Positions 16,864 through 25,777 of a stretch of DNA of 64,000 bases are shown here, piece after piece. Source of the DNA: Bacteroidales bacterium UBA4293 (lineage in GTDB: Bacteria > Bacteroidota > Bacteroidia > Bacteroidales > Bacteroidaceae); assembly GCA_002395835.1 (NCBI GenBank), contig DGVD01000002.1, positions 22,678-86,677 of the forward strand, in the 5' to 3' direction. The notes under the pieces are model-generated. The model searched no databases, was not told the origin of the DNA, and saw only the letters and a list, made by a program, of their open reading frames with translations. The position numbers and the translations under genes are program-made. The first letter of the stretch is position 1. Each line of letters opens with the position of its first letter.

Positions 16864-18420
16864 ATGAAACTGAGAAATCTATTAACAGGCGCTTTGCTGG
16901 TATTATCCATGACAGTTTTCGCACAGAGTTCTGCTGTGAAGAAAATGGTAGACATGGGAGTGAACGACAACCCTACATGGGAGTATTTAAGCACATTGAC
17001 AGGCCGTTTCGGCGGAAGACTGCTGGGTTCTGCTGCATTTGAAGATGCACAGAAATGGCTGATAGCAGAGTTCAATAAGTTAGGAATTGAGGCTCATCTG
17101 GAAGAGGCAGGTGAAGTTCCTATCGGCTTCAACCGTGGCCCGTGGTTTGGCAGAATGCTGGCCAGCGACCAGACCATGAGTCTTCATTTTGTGACTCCAT
17201 CCTGCACAAGTGGAACGCTAGGATTGGTTCGTGGACATGTGGTGATAGAGCCTCAGAGCGAGCAGGAATTCCAGCGCATAAAGGGCAGAGTGAAAGGAGC
17301 TTGGGTTCTGGTAGGAGGCACCAATGCCGGTTGGCCCATCTACCTGAATGAAAAAGAGGACAGCATCCGTGATGAGATTAAGGCACAGAATGCAGAGATT
17401 GCGAAAGAAAACCGTGCTTACATGGAGAAGCTGAGAGCAGAAGGCAAACGTCCAGATCCGAAAGATCCTAATATCAAGGAACTGAAGAGCCGTCCAGGTC
17501 TATTTGCACGTGAATTGCTGGAGGCTGGTGCATTAGGTTTCATTCAGTCTGCAGAATTACCATTGCGTGCCTTGTATGACCGTCCGATGATGAACGATAT
17601 GAGCATGACCTTCGATAAACTTCCAACGCATGCAGATATTAAGTTGGAGTCTGCTCAGTATAAGGTAATCTATGATAAGGTTAAATCTAAGCAGAATGTA
17701 GAATTGGAGTTTGATATCCGGAATCACTTCCGTTTAGGCCCTATTAAATATTATAATGTAGTGGCTTCCATACTAGGAAGCAAGCATCCAGAGCAGAAAG
17801 TGATTATCAGTGGTCACCTGGATTCTTATGACGCAGCTACCGGAGCGGTAGACTGTGGTACAGGTATTGGTGCCATGATGGGTGCTGCTTACTTGATAGC
17901 TAAGAGTGGTTTGAAGCCCAAACGCACCATTGAGTTCATAGCTTTTGCAGGTGAGGAGTTTGGCCTTCTGGGTGCCTATGCCTATTGTAAGACTCACCAG
18001 AAAGAACTGGGAAATATAGTGAATCTGTTTAATCGTGACGGAGGCCCTACCGCATGTACTAGTATCAGTGTACCTGAGGCTTGGTATGATGATATGGTAA
18101 AGATTTGTGAGCCTATCAAGAATCTATGGGATTTTGAGTTCCAGGTAAACAAGCAAGGCCCTCGTCGTAAAGTGACACGTGCTGGTGGTACGGATGCCAC
18201 TGTATTTGCAATGAATGGAGTGCCTTGCGTGGAAATGCGTAATGAAGATTATAAAGGTTATGGTTTTGAGTATCAGGAAATCTGGCATACTGAAAACGAT
18301 TATCTGAACAAATCATTCCAGGATTATATGGAGCAGGCTGCAGCAGCAACAGCCGTTGTTGTAAGTGGCATTGCTTCTTTGGATAAAGCTCTTCCACGAG
18401 AGGGCGTTTATGAAAAGTAA
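16864..18420 (+). CDS. Secreted M28-family Zn aminopeptidase
   Basis: Signal peptide MKLRNLLTGALLVLSMTVFAQ. Metal-ligand motifs SGHLDSYD and FAGEEFGLLGA. Confidence 0.88.
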   Translation: MKLRNLLTGALLVLSMTVFAQSSAVKKMVDMGVNDNPTWEYLSTLTGRFGGRLLGSAAFEDAQKWLIAEFNKLGIEAHLEEAGEVPIGFNRGPWFGRMLASDQTMSLHFVTPSCTSGTLGLVRGHVVIEPQSEQEFQRIKGRVKGAWVLVGGTNAGWPIYLNEKEDSIRDEIKAQNAEIAKENRAYMEKLRAEGKRPDPKDPNIKELKSRPGLFARELLEAGALGFIQSAELPLRALYDRPMMNDMSMTFDKLPTHADIKLESAQYKVIYDKVKSKQNVELEFDIRNHFRLGPIKYYNVVASILGSKHPEQKVIISGHLDSYDAATGAVDCGTGIGAMMGAAYLIAKSGLKPKRTIEFIAFAGEEFGLLGAYAYCKTHQKELGNIVNLFNRDGGPTACTSISVPEAWYDDMVKICEPIKNLWDFEFQVNKQGPRRKVTRAGGTDATVFAMNGVPCVEMRNEDYKGYGFEYQEIWHTENDYLNKSFQDYMEQAAAATAVVVSGIASLDKALPREGVYEK

Positions 18421-18421
18421 A

Positions 18422-19288
18422 ATGGCTTTAAAAAGAATTATTAGAAATTGGAAAGTTCCTAAAGGTCAGGAGTTAACGGAGTTTGACAAGAAAATTCTAT
18501 CTTATCAGAACCGGGGATTTCTGGTGCCTAAGAACAAATTAATTAAGACTCCTGAGCAGATAGAGGGAATCCGTGCTGCAGGTGTCATTAACACAGGTGT
18601 GCTGGATTTGGTGGAACGTGAGATACACATAGGTATGTCCACCGAGGAAATAGATAAGTTGGTTTATGAGTATACCATGGATCATCATGCCATTCCAGCA
18701 CCTTTGAACTATGAAGGTTTCCCAAAGAGTGTCTGCACCAGTATCAATGATGTGGTGTGTCATGGAATTCCTAGACCCGATGAGTTCTTGGAAGAAGGTG
18801 ATATCATCAATGTGGACTGCACTACTATCTTGAATGGGTATTATGCCGATGCCAGTCGTATGTTCATCATGGGCAAAACCACTCCACAACGTGAAAAGTT
18901 GGTTAGGGTGGCTAAAGAGTGCCTTCAGGTAGGTATGGAGGCATGTAAGCCCTGGAGTTTCGTGGGCGATTTAGGCCATGCCATTCAGAAGCATGCCCAC
19001 AAGAACGGTTGTAGTGTGGTACGCGATTTATGTGGACATGGTGTAGGTAATGAGTTCCATGAGGAGCCCGATGTGGAGCATGTAGGTAAGAAAGGTACCG
19101 GCATGTTACTAGTGCCAGGAATGGTGTTTACTATAGAACCCATGATTAACGGAGGAAGTTGGGAAGTTTGTCTGGACGAAGAAGACCCGTTGGAATGGGT
19201 GATTTTGACCTTGGATGGGTCAGACAGTGCCCAGTGGGAACATACATTCCTGATGACTGAGACAGGATTGGAGATTTTGACATATTAG
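18422..19288 (+). CDS. map: Type I methionine aminopeptidase
   Basis: VCHGIP, INVDCT..GYYADASRMF, HGVGNEFHE, FTIEPM and QWEHT motifs. I chose ATG 18422, just after the M28 stop; 18410 is also possible. Confidence 0.92.
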   Translation: MALKRIIRNWKVPKGQELTEFDKKILSYQNRGFLVPKNKLIKTPEQIEGIRAAGVINTGVLDLVEREIHIGMSTEEIDKLVYEYTMDHHAIPAPLNYEGFPKSVCTSINDVVCHGIPRPDEFLEEGDIINVDCTTILNGYYADASRMFIMGKTTPQREKLVRVAKECLQVGMEACKPWSFVGDLGHAIQKHAHKNGCSVVRDLCGHGVGNEFHEEPDVEHVGKKGTGMLLVPGMVFTIEPMINGGSWEVCLDEEDPLEWVILTLDGSDSAQWEHTFLMTETGLEILTY

Positions 19289-19290
19289 AC

Positions 19291-20322
19291 ATGGAACAAA
19301 AAGACATAATAATATTAGGTATCGAATCATCATGCGATGATACATCGGCAGCTGTAATAAGGAATGGTGTTTTACTTTCCAACGTGACAGCCTCACAAGC
19401 TGTTCATGAAGCTTATGGAGGTGTGGTGCCAGAGCTTGCATCCAGGGCACACCAACAGAATGTGGTGCCTGTAGTTCACGAGGCACTTAAACGAGCAGGA
19501 GTCCGGAAAGAAGAGCTCAGTGCTATAGCCTTCACTCGAGGCCCAGGACTGATGGGTTCCTTACTTGTAGGAGTTTCCTTCGCGAAAGGATTGGGTCGAT
19601 CTTTGGGTATCCCTCTCATCGATGTGAATCATTTGCAAGGTCATATTATGGCCCATTTCATCAAAGAAAATGAAGAAGATACCGACAAGCCAGTTTATCC
19701 ATTCCTGTGTCTTTTGGTTTCAGGTGGCAATTCCCAGATCGTCCTGGTCAAAGCTTACAACGATATGGAAGTGTTAGGTCAGACCATAGACGATGCCGCA
19801 GGTGAAGCCATAGACAAATGTTCCAAAGTTATGGGCCTGGGCTATCCAGGTGGTCCTATAATAGATAGACTGGCACGTCAGGGTAATCCATTGGCTTATG
19901 AATTCTCCAAACCACAGGTAGATGGTTATAATTATAGCTTCAGTGGTTTAAAGACCTCTTTCCTGTATTCCTTGAGGGATTGGATTAAGGAAGATCCTGA
20001 TTTCATCGAACATCATAAAGAAGATTTGGCTGCTTCATTGGAGCATACCATTGTGGATATTCTGATGAAGAAGCTACGTAAAGCAGCAAAGGATTACAAG
20101 ATTAAACAAGTAGCAGTGGCTGGAGGTGTGTCAGCCAATAATGGCCTTAGAAACGCTTTTCGTGATCATGCCAAACGCTTCGGATGGAAGATATTCATCC
20201 CGAAGTTCAGTTATACTACAGACAATGCAGCTATGATAGCTATCACAGGTTATTATAAGTTTCTGGATAAAGATTTCTGTGGCATAGACGCACCAGCCTT
20301 TTCTCGTGTAACATTTAAATAA
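19291..20322 (+). CDS. tsaD: tRNA N6-adenosine threonylcarbamoyltransferase
   Basis: GIESSCDDTSAAV at the N-terminus, the HLQGHIMA metal motif, and VAGGVSANNGLR. Confidence 0.95.
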   Translation: MEQKDIIILGIESSCDDTSAAVIRNGVLLSNVTASQAVHEAYGGVVPELASRAHQQNVVPVVHEALKRAGVRKEELSAIAFTRGPGLMGSLLVGVSFAKGLGRSLGIPLIDVNHLQGHIMAHFIKENEEDTDKPVYPFLCLLVSGGNSQIVLVKAYNDMEVLGQTIDDAAGEAIDKCSKVMGLGYPGGPIIDRLARQGNPLAYEFSKPQVDGYNYSFSGLKTSFLYSLRDWIKEDPDFIEHHKEDLAASLEHTIVDILMKKLRKAAKDYKIKQVAVAGGVSANNGLRNAFRDHAKRFGWKIFIPKFSYTTDNAAMIAITGYYKFLDKDFCGIDAPAFSRVTFK

Positions 20323-20330
20323 AATATATT

Positions 20331-20849
20331 ATGAGCATTTTATCAAAATATCTCAGCAAAGAACTTAACACTTTATTATGGAAAGTGGAGGAGACGGTTT
20401 CCACTGCAGAAAGCTGCACAGGTGGAGAAATTGCTGCTACATTGACCAAGATAGCTGGAAGTTCTAATTATTTCAAGGGAGGAATAGTAGTTTACACCGA
20501 TGAAAGCAAAGTGAAATTCTTGGGTGTAAATCCTGAAACCATCGAAAAATATACGGTTTACAGCGAGGAAGTTGTAAAAGAAATGGTAAAAGGTTGTTGC
20601 GAAGCTTTCAATACCACATATGCAGTAGCAGTATCAGGAGTAGCAGGCCCTACAGGTTCCCTTCCTGGAGTTCCAGTGGGTACTATTTGGATTGCAGTGG
20701 GTACAAAAGACGAAGTGCGTACTTATAAACGCACAGAAGATGAGACTCGTGAACGCAATATAGAATATGCTACTACAGATGCTTTGCAGATGTTGTACGA
20801 CTTTATTCAGGAGCGTCATAAAGAAGAGCAACTTCCTGAAACAGAATAA
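20331..20849 (+). CDS. CinA C-terminal-domain protein (nicotinamide-nucleotide amidase, PncC-like)
   Basis: 172 aa. TAESCTGGEIAATLT and VSGVAGP motifs. Confidence 0.88.
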   Translation: MSILSKYLSKELNTLLWKVEETVSTAESCTGGEIAATLTKIAGSSNYFKGGIVVYTDESKVKFLGVNPETIEKYTVYSEEVVKEMVKGCCEAFNTTYAVAVSGVAGPTGSLPGVPVGTIWIAVGTKDEVRTYKRTEDETRERNIEYATTDALQMLYDFIQERHKEEQLPETE

Positions 20850-20890
20850 AATTCTTTTTCAAATAATTTGCATAATCCAAAAAAACTCTC

Positions 20891-20898
20891 TACCTTTG
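20891..20898 (+). promoter_or_regulatory. -7 promoter box (TAccTTTG) of the rpmB operon
   Basis: 51 nt upstream of ATG 20949. Confidence 0.6.
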
Positions 20899-20948
20899 CA
20901 CTCGTTTTGCAAGAACTAGTAAGTAACAATTAAAATTTTAAGATAGAA

Positions 20949-21212
20949 ATGTCTAAGATTTGTCAAATTACCGGAAAGAAGGCGATGATTGGAAACAACG
21001 TTTCGCATTCTAAAAGAAGGACAAAGAGAAGTTTCGATGTAAACTTGTTTACTAAGAAATTCTTTTATGTTGAGCAGGATTGTTGGATTGAACTTAAGCT
21101 CAGCGCAGCAGGTCTCCGCGTTATCAATAAGAAAGGATTGGACGCAGCATTGAAGGAAGCTGTAGAGAATGGTTATTGCGATTGGAAATCAATTAAAGTG
21201 CTTGGCGACTAA
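20949..21212 (+). CDS. rpmB: 50S ribosomal protein L28
   Basis: [33 protein letters not shown]. Confidence 0.95.
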   Translation: MSKICQITGKKAMIGNNVSHSKRRTKRSFDVNLFTKKFFYVEQDCWIELKLSAAGLRVINKKGLDAALKEAVENGYCDWKSIKVLGD

Positions 21213-21230
21213 TTTCGGGAGGATATAACT

Positions 21231-21419
21231 ATGGCAAAAAAAGCAAAAGGCAATAGAGTTCAGGTTATCCTGGAGTGCACTGAAATGAAGGATAGTGGTC
21301 TTCCTGGAACTTCACGTTACATTACCACTAAGAATCGTAAGAATACTCCAGAGCGCATGGAATTGAAGAAGTATAATCCAATTCTGAAGCGTATGACTGT
21401 ACACAAAGAAATCAAGTAA
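21231..21419 (+). CDS. rpmG: 50S ribosomal protein L33
   Basis: [18 protein letters not shown]...[22 protein letters not shown]. Confidence 0.95.
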   Translation: MAKKAKGNRVQVILECTEMKDSGLPGTSRYITTKNRKNTPERMELKKYNPILKRMTVHKEIK

Positions 21420-21438
21420 TAAGTAAAAAGATTTAACT

Positions 21439-21600
21439 ATGGCAAAAAAAGTAGTAGCAACCCTTCAGAAGGGTAAGACTGATGGTCGTGGTTTCGCTAA
21501 GGTCATCAAGATGGTTAAGTCTCCAAAGACTGGTGCATACGTATTTGATGAGCAAGTCATTCCAAATGACCAGGTTAAGGATTTCTTCGAGAAGAAGTAA
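21439..21600 (+). CDS. DUF4295-family small protein (53 aa), not in the ORF track
   Basis: My own translation: MAKKVVATLQKGKTDGRGFAKVIKMVKSPKTGAYVFDEQVIPNDQVKDFFEKK. It sits 19 nt after rpmG and before the operon terminator. The conserved rpmB-rpmG-DUF4295 order in Bacteroidota is recalled from memory. Confidence 0.8.
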   Translation: MAKKVVATLQKGKTDGRGFAKVIKMVKSPKTGAYVFDEQVIPNDQVKDFFEKK

Positions 21601-21620
21601 TTAACGTAAATATATAATTA

Positions 21621-21652
21621 AACCCTGCATTTTTTAAGTGCAGGGTTTTTTT
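21621..21652 (+). terminator. Intrinsic terminator of the rpmB-rpmG-DUF4295 operon
   Basis: AACCCTGCA (21621-21629) pairs with TGCAGGGTT (21639-21647), followed by a T-run. Confidence 0.85.
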
Positions 21653-21686
21653 GTGTTTTTTATTCGATGAAATGGGATATTTTTAT

Positions 21687-21694
21687 TAATTTTG
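21687..21694 (+). promoter_or_regulatory. -7 promoter box (TAatTTTG)
   Basis: 25 nt upstream of ATG 21719. Confidence 0.55.
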
Positions 21695-21718
21695 TATCCA
21701 AATAAACATTTTTAAACT

Positions 21719-22681
21719 ATGGGATTTTTCAGTTTCTTTTCAAAAGAGAAAAAGGAGACTCTAGATAAGGGTCTCGAGAAAACTAAGGAGGGTTTCTTCA
21801 GCAAGTTAGCCCGTGCTGTTGCGGGTAAGTCTAAAGTAGATGATGAAGTGCTGGACAATCTCGAAGAAGTGTTGATTACATCGGATGTCGGTGTAGAGAC
21901 CACGCTGAAAATTATAGAAAGAATAGAGGAACGAGTAGCGCGTGATAAATATACTACTACGAGTGAACTTACTGGTATTTTACGCGATGAAATCGCATCA
22001 TTACTTACAGAGAATAACACAGGTGACACACTAGATTTTGTCCTTCCTGAAGGTGTAAAGAAGCCTTATGTTATTATGGTAGTTGGTGTGAATGGTGTGG
22101 GTAAGACTACAACCATAGGTAAGTTAGCTTATCAGTACAAGAAGTCTGGTTATAAAGTTTATCTTGGTGCAGCTGATACATTCCGTGCGGCAGCAGTGGA
22201 ACAACTGGTCATCTGGGGTGAACGTGTGGGAGTACCTGTCATTAAACAGAAAATGGGTAGTGATCCAGCATCCGTAGCTTATGACACTCTTAATTCGGCT
22301 ACTGCAAATGGTGCAGATGTGGTGATAATAGATACAGCTGGTCGTCTTCACAATAAAATCAACCTTATGAATGAGTTGACTAAGATTAAGAATGTGATGA
22401 AGAAAATCATGCCTGATGCACCACAAGATATTTTGTTGGTTTTAGATGGTTCTACTGGGCAGAATGCTTTTGAGCAGGCTAAACAGTTTTCTAAGGCTAC
22501 AGACATTACCTCTTTAGCTGTCACAAAGTTGGATGGTACTGCTAAGGGTGGTGTGGTTATAGGAATTTCAGACCAATTTAAGATTCCAGTGAAATATCTA
22601 GGTTTAGGTGAAGGAATGGAAGATCTTCAGCCATTCAACCGTGCGGAATTTGTAGATTCTCTTTTCAAACAGGTAAAGTAA
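21719..22681 (+). CDS. ftsY: Signal recognition particle receptor
   Basis: GVNGVGKTTTIGKLA, DTAGRLHN and TKLDGTAKGG GTPase motifs. Confidence 0.96.
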   Translation: MGFFSFFSKEKKETLDKGLEKTKEGFFSKLARAVAGKSKVDDEVLDNLEEVLITSDVGVETTLKIIERIEERVARDKYTTTSELTGILRDEIASLLTENNTGDTLDFVLPEGVKKPYVIMVVGVNGVGKTTTIGKLAYQYKKSGYKVYLGAADTFRAAAVEQLVIWGERVGVPVIKQKMGSDPASVAYDTLNSATANGADVVIIDTAGRLHNKINLMNELTKIKNVMKKIMPDAPQDILLVLDGSTGQNAFEQAKQFSKATDITSLAVTKLDGTAKGGVVIGISDQFKIPVKYLGLGEGMEDLQPFNRAEFVDSLFKQVK

Positions 22682-23979
22682 TGAAAAAGAACTGTGTTGA
22701 TGTCATCACATTAGGCTGTTCCAAGAACTTGGTGGATTCAGAGAAATTGATGCACCAACTAGCACTTCAAGGATATAAAGTAACCCATGATTCTCCACAT
22801 CCAGAAGGAGAGATTGTGGTGATTAATACTTGTGGATTTATTGGTGATGCTCAAGAAGAATCAATCAATATGATTTTGGAGTTCTGCCAAGCGAAGACAG
22901 AAGGTAGGATCAACCATCTCTATGTAATGGGTTGCCTTTCTGAGCGTTTTCTGAATGAACTGAAAGTAGAACTTCCTGAAGTGGATAAAATTTACGGAAA
23001 GTTTGACTGGAAGAACTTGCTGGTTGATTTGGGAAAGTTGCCGGTTGAGGATAATATATCCAGAGTACAAACTACTCCAAAGCATTATGCTTATTTAAAA
23101 ATAGCAGAAGGTTGTGATAGGGATTGTGCTTATTGTGCCATACCAATAAGTACCGGTAGGCATAAGTCACGTCCTATGGATGAAATTCTGGATGAAGTTC
23201 GTTTGCTTGTTTCTCAAGGTGTGAAAGAGTTTCAGGTTATAGCCCAGGAACTTACCTATTATGGCGTTGATCTTTACGGAAAACGTCGTATTGCTGAATT
23301 AGTAGAGAAGATTGCAGATATTCCAGGTGTGGAGTGGATTAGATTGCACTACGCATATCCTTTGAATTTTCCAATGGATTTGCTAAGGGTCATGCGTGAG
23401 AAAGATAATGTGTGCAAGTATTTAGATATTGCATTCCAACATGTAAGTGACCGGATGCTTAAAGCTATGCATCGACATGTTTCCCATAAGGAAACCAAGG
23501 AACTAATAGAGCGTATGCGTAAGGAGGTTCCAGGAATTCATATCCGTACTACGTTGATGTGTGGTTTCCCTGGTGAGACGGAAGAAGATTTCTGTGAAAT
23601 GAAGGAATTTGTGCGTTGGGCCCGTTTTGAACGTATGGGTGCTTTTGCTTATTCTCATGAAGTGGGTACATATTCTGGTACACATTATGAGGATGATGTT
23701 CCACAAGAAGTAAAGGAACGTAGGGTGGAAGAAATTATGGCCATTCAGCAGCAAATTTCTGGAGAGGTTCAGGAAGCTAAGGTCGGTAAAACCTTCAAGG
23801 TAATAATTGATCGTCGTGAAGGCGATTATTATGTTGGTCGGACAGAGTTTGATTCGCCAGAAGTAGACCCAGAGGTACTTATTCCGGTGAATGAAGGAAG
23901 ACTCTATAAAGGCCATTTTTACAAGATACAAATTAAATCGGCAGACGATTTTGACCTGTATGGAAGCCGAATAAAATAA
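22681..23979 (+). CDS. rimO: Ribosomal protein S12 methylthiotransferase (radical SAM)
   Basis: N-terminal UPF0004 Cys residues (TLGCSKN, NTCGF), radical-SAM CDRDCAYCAIP, and a C-terminal TRAM domain. TAATG 1-nt overlap with ftsY. Confidence 0.93.
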   Translation: MKKNCVDVITLGCSKNLVDSEKLMHQLALQGYKVTHDSPHPEGEIVVINTCGFIGDAQEESINMILEFCQAKTEGRINHLYVMGCLSERFLNELKVELPEVDKIYGKFDWKNLLVDLGKLPVEDNISRVQTTPKHYAYLKIAEGCDRDCAYCAIPISTGRHKSRPMDEILDEVRLLVSQGVKEFQVIAQELTYYGVDLYGKRRIAELVEKIADIPGVEWIRLHYAYPLNFPMDLLRVMREKDNVCKYLDIAFQHVSDRMLKAMHRHVSHKETKELIERMRKEVPGIHIRTTLMCGFPGETEEDFCEMKEFVRWARFERMGAFAYSHEVGTYSGTHYEDDVPQEVKERRVEEIMAIQQQISGEVQEAKVGKTFKVIIDRREGDYYVGRTEFDSPEVDPEVLIPVNEGRLYKGHFYKIQIKSADDFDLYGSRIK

Positions 23980-23984
23980 TACCT

Positions 23985-24257
23985 ATGAATAACAAGAGAT
24001 TTATTACAGAAGTTGCCTCACAGACTGGGTACACCAATAAAAGTACTCAGGATTTAGCTGACAGTCTGATTAAGATTATGGCTGCTCAGCTTGAGGAAGG
24101 AAACTCTATATTAGTTCCCAACTTCGGCACATTTGAGGTGAAGAAAAAGAATGAGAGGATCATGGTATCACCGATGACACAGCAACGTATGTTGGTACCA
24201 CCTAAACTGGTAGTGTCATTTAAACCATCAACATCTGTTAAAGATAAATTCAAGTAG
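23985..24257 (+). CDS. HU/IHF-family DNA-binding protein
   Basis: 90 aa. NFGTFEVKKKNERIMVSPMTQQRMLVPPKLVVSFKPS is the typical beta-arm region. Confidence 0.9.
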   Translation: MNNKRFITEVASQTGYTNKSTQDLADSLIKIMAAQLEEGNSILVPNFGTFEVKKKNERIMVSPMTQQRMLVPPKLVVSFKPSTSVKDKFK

Positions 24258-24260
24258 ACT

Positions 24261-25652
24261 ATGGATGCAAAAGTAATGATACAGGATCTAGCTAAAGCTT
24301 TAGCTACTCAGAAGTCTATCGATAAGAAGGCTGCTTTGGCTTTTGTCCAGAGTTTTTTTGATGTTATCCTGGATGGCCTTAAGGAAGAGAAATATGTAAA
24401 GATTAAGGGATTGGGCACATTCAAGTTGGTTGATGTGGAGAGCCGTGAAAGTATGAATATTCATACAGGTGAGCGCTTTGAGATTCAAGGTCATGCTAAA
24501 ATAGGTTTTACTCCAGACGCTACTTTGAAAGATTTGGTCAATAAACCTTTTTCTCATTTTGAGACTGTTCCTTTAGCTGATGATGTTACTGAGGCTGAAT
24601 TGGAGGCTGTAGATGCTCAATTTGAAAATACGATTTCGTATCAAGAGTCTGATCTGCCAGATGATGTAGAAAGTGATTCAGCTGGTATTGAAACAACGGA
24701 TGAAACCGTAGATAATTCTGATGATGTATATCAAGAAGTGAAATCTACCGTCGATCCTACACTTGTTTCATCAACATTAAGTGCCCCTGTTGCTTCAGAT
24801 GATGTAGAAGAAGTAGCAGCTGGAAAATCATCTTCAACCCCTGTGGAATTTTACCCAGAAGTTAGCTATGAGAACACTAAAACTTTATCATCCTCACCGG
24901 AAGTTGAAGTTGAAAATACTGATGAAGTTCCAGTTGAGTCGGCTCGAATAGCTTCTGTTCTTTCTGAAGACGATAAATCTGAAATTAAGCCAGAGGATAA
25001 TCAAACTAATATGGAACCGGAAGAAGAAAAAGAATACTTGGATTATATTGATGATTCCGAGGAGAGTGAGCGTCGTAAGATCCGACGCTACGAGTGGATA
25101 TTTGGAAGTATTTTTGCTTTGATAGCGATGGGAATAGGTTATTTTATAGGCTATGTTCATCTGGCATCCCGATTCCCAAATGAAGTGGAGGTGATAGTGG
25201 TAGATACAGTATACATAGAGAAAGAACCGGTAGATTCAACCAAACTTCCACAAACTGAGCCAGTGATAAAGCGTGATGAAACAACTCCACCTTTAAAAAC
25301 GGATACAAAAGCAGTACCTAAAACAAATACCACACAACCAGCTAAATCAGCTGTACAAGAGGTTAAACCCGCAAAGCCTGTACCTCAACCTGAAAAGCAA
25401 CCAGTTCAATCTGCTGTAACATCGGATTATAGTAAGTATCCTCAGGTGGCAGGAGGTGCATATTGGATAGTAGGAACAGCACAGACTTATAAAGTGCGTT
25501 CAGGTGAGACAATCCGAATTATCGCAGAACGATTTTTCGGCTCACGGCAAATGGCTCCTTACATCATTAAGTACAATGGTATATCAGACCCGGATCACGT
25601 AGCTGAAGGTACAATATTGAATGTTCCAAAACTGGAGTCTAAGAAGAAATAA
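24261..25652 (+). CDS. Membrane-anchored HU-domain protein with a C-terminal LysM domain
   Basis: HU fold at residues 1-95 (GLGTFKLVDVESRESMNIHTGERFEIQGHAKIGFTP). Then an acidic linker, RRKIRRYEW followed by TM helix IFGSIFALIAMGIGYFIGYV, a P/T/K-rich linker, and LysM YKVRSGETIRIIAERFFG...NGISDPDHVAEGTILNVP. Confidence 0.85.
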   Translation: MDAKVMIQDLAKALATQKSIDKKAALAFVQSFFDVILDGLKEEKYVKIKGLGTFKLVDVESRESMNIHTGERFEIQGHAKIGFTPDATLKDLVNKPFSHFETVPLADDVTEAELEAVDAQFENTISYQESDLPDDVESDSAGIETTDETVDNSDDVYQEVKSTVDPTLVSSTLSAPVASDDVEEVAAGKSSSTPVEFYPEVSYENTKTLSSSPEVEVENTDEVPVESARIASVLSEDDKSEIKPEDNQTNMEPEEEKEYLDYIDDSEESERRKIRRYEWIFGSIFALIAMGIGYFIGYVHLASRFPNEVEVIVVDTVYIEKEPVDSTKLPQTEPVIKRDETTPPLKTDTKAVPKTNTTQPAKSAVQEVKPAKPVPQPEKQPVQSAVTSDYSKYPQVAGGAYWIVGTAQTYKVRSGETIRIIAERFFGSRQMAPYIIKYNGISDPDHVAEGTILNVPKLESKKK

Positions 25653-25738
25653 AATTTAATAATTATAAATACTCTTAAATTCTAACTTTTAAGAAATCTC
25701 TTTAACTAATTTTAGTAGGGACTATGGTTGGAAAGCAG

Positions 25739-25746
25739 TAAATTTG
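25739..25746 (+). promoter_or_regulatory. -7 promoter box (TAaaTTTG) of the Bat operon
   Basis: 32 nt upstream of ATG 25778. Confidence 0.55.
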
Positions 25747-25777
25747 AGCCTCAAAATAAAATTATAATGTTATAAAT

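Noticed and set aside
21712-22029. 105-aa minus-strand ORF at the 5' end of ftsY
   Set aside because: It is antisense to the acidic, low-complexity N-terminal region of ftsY and has no independent signals.
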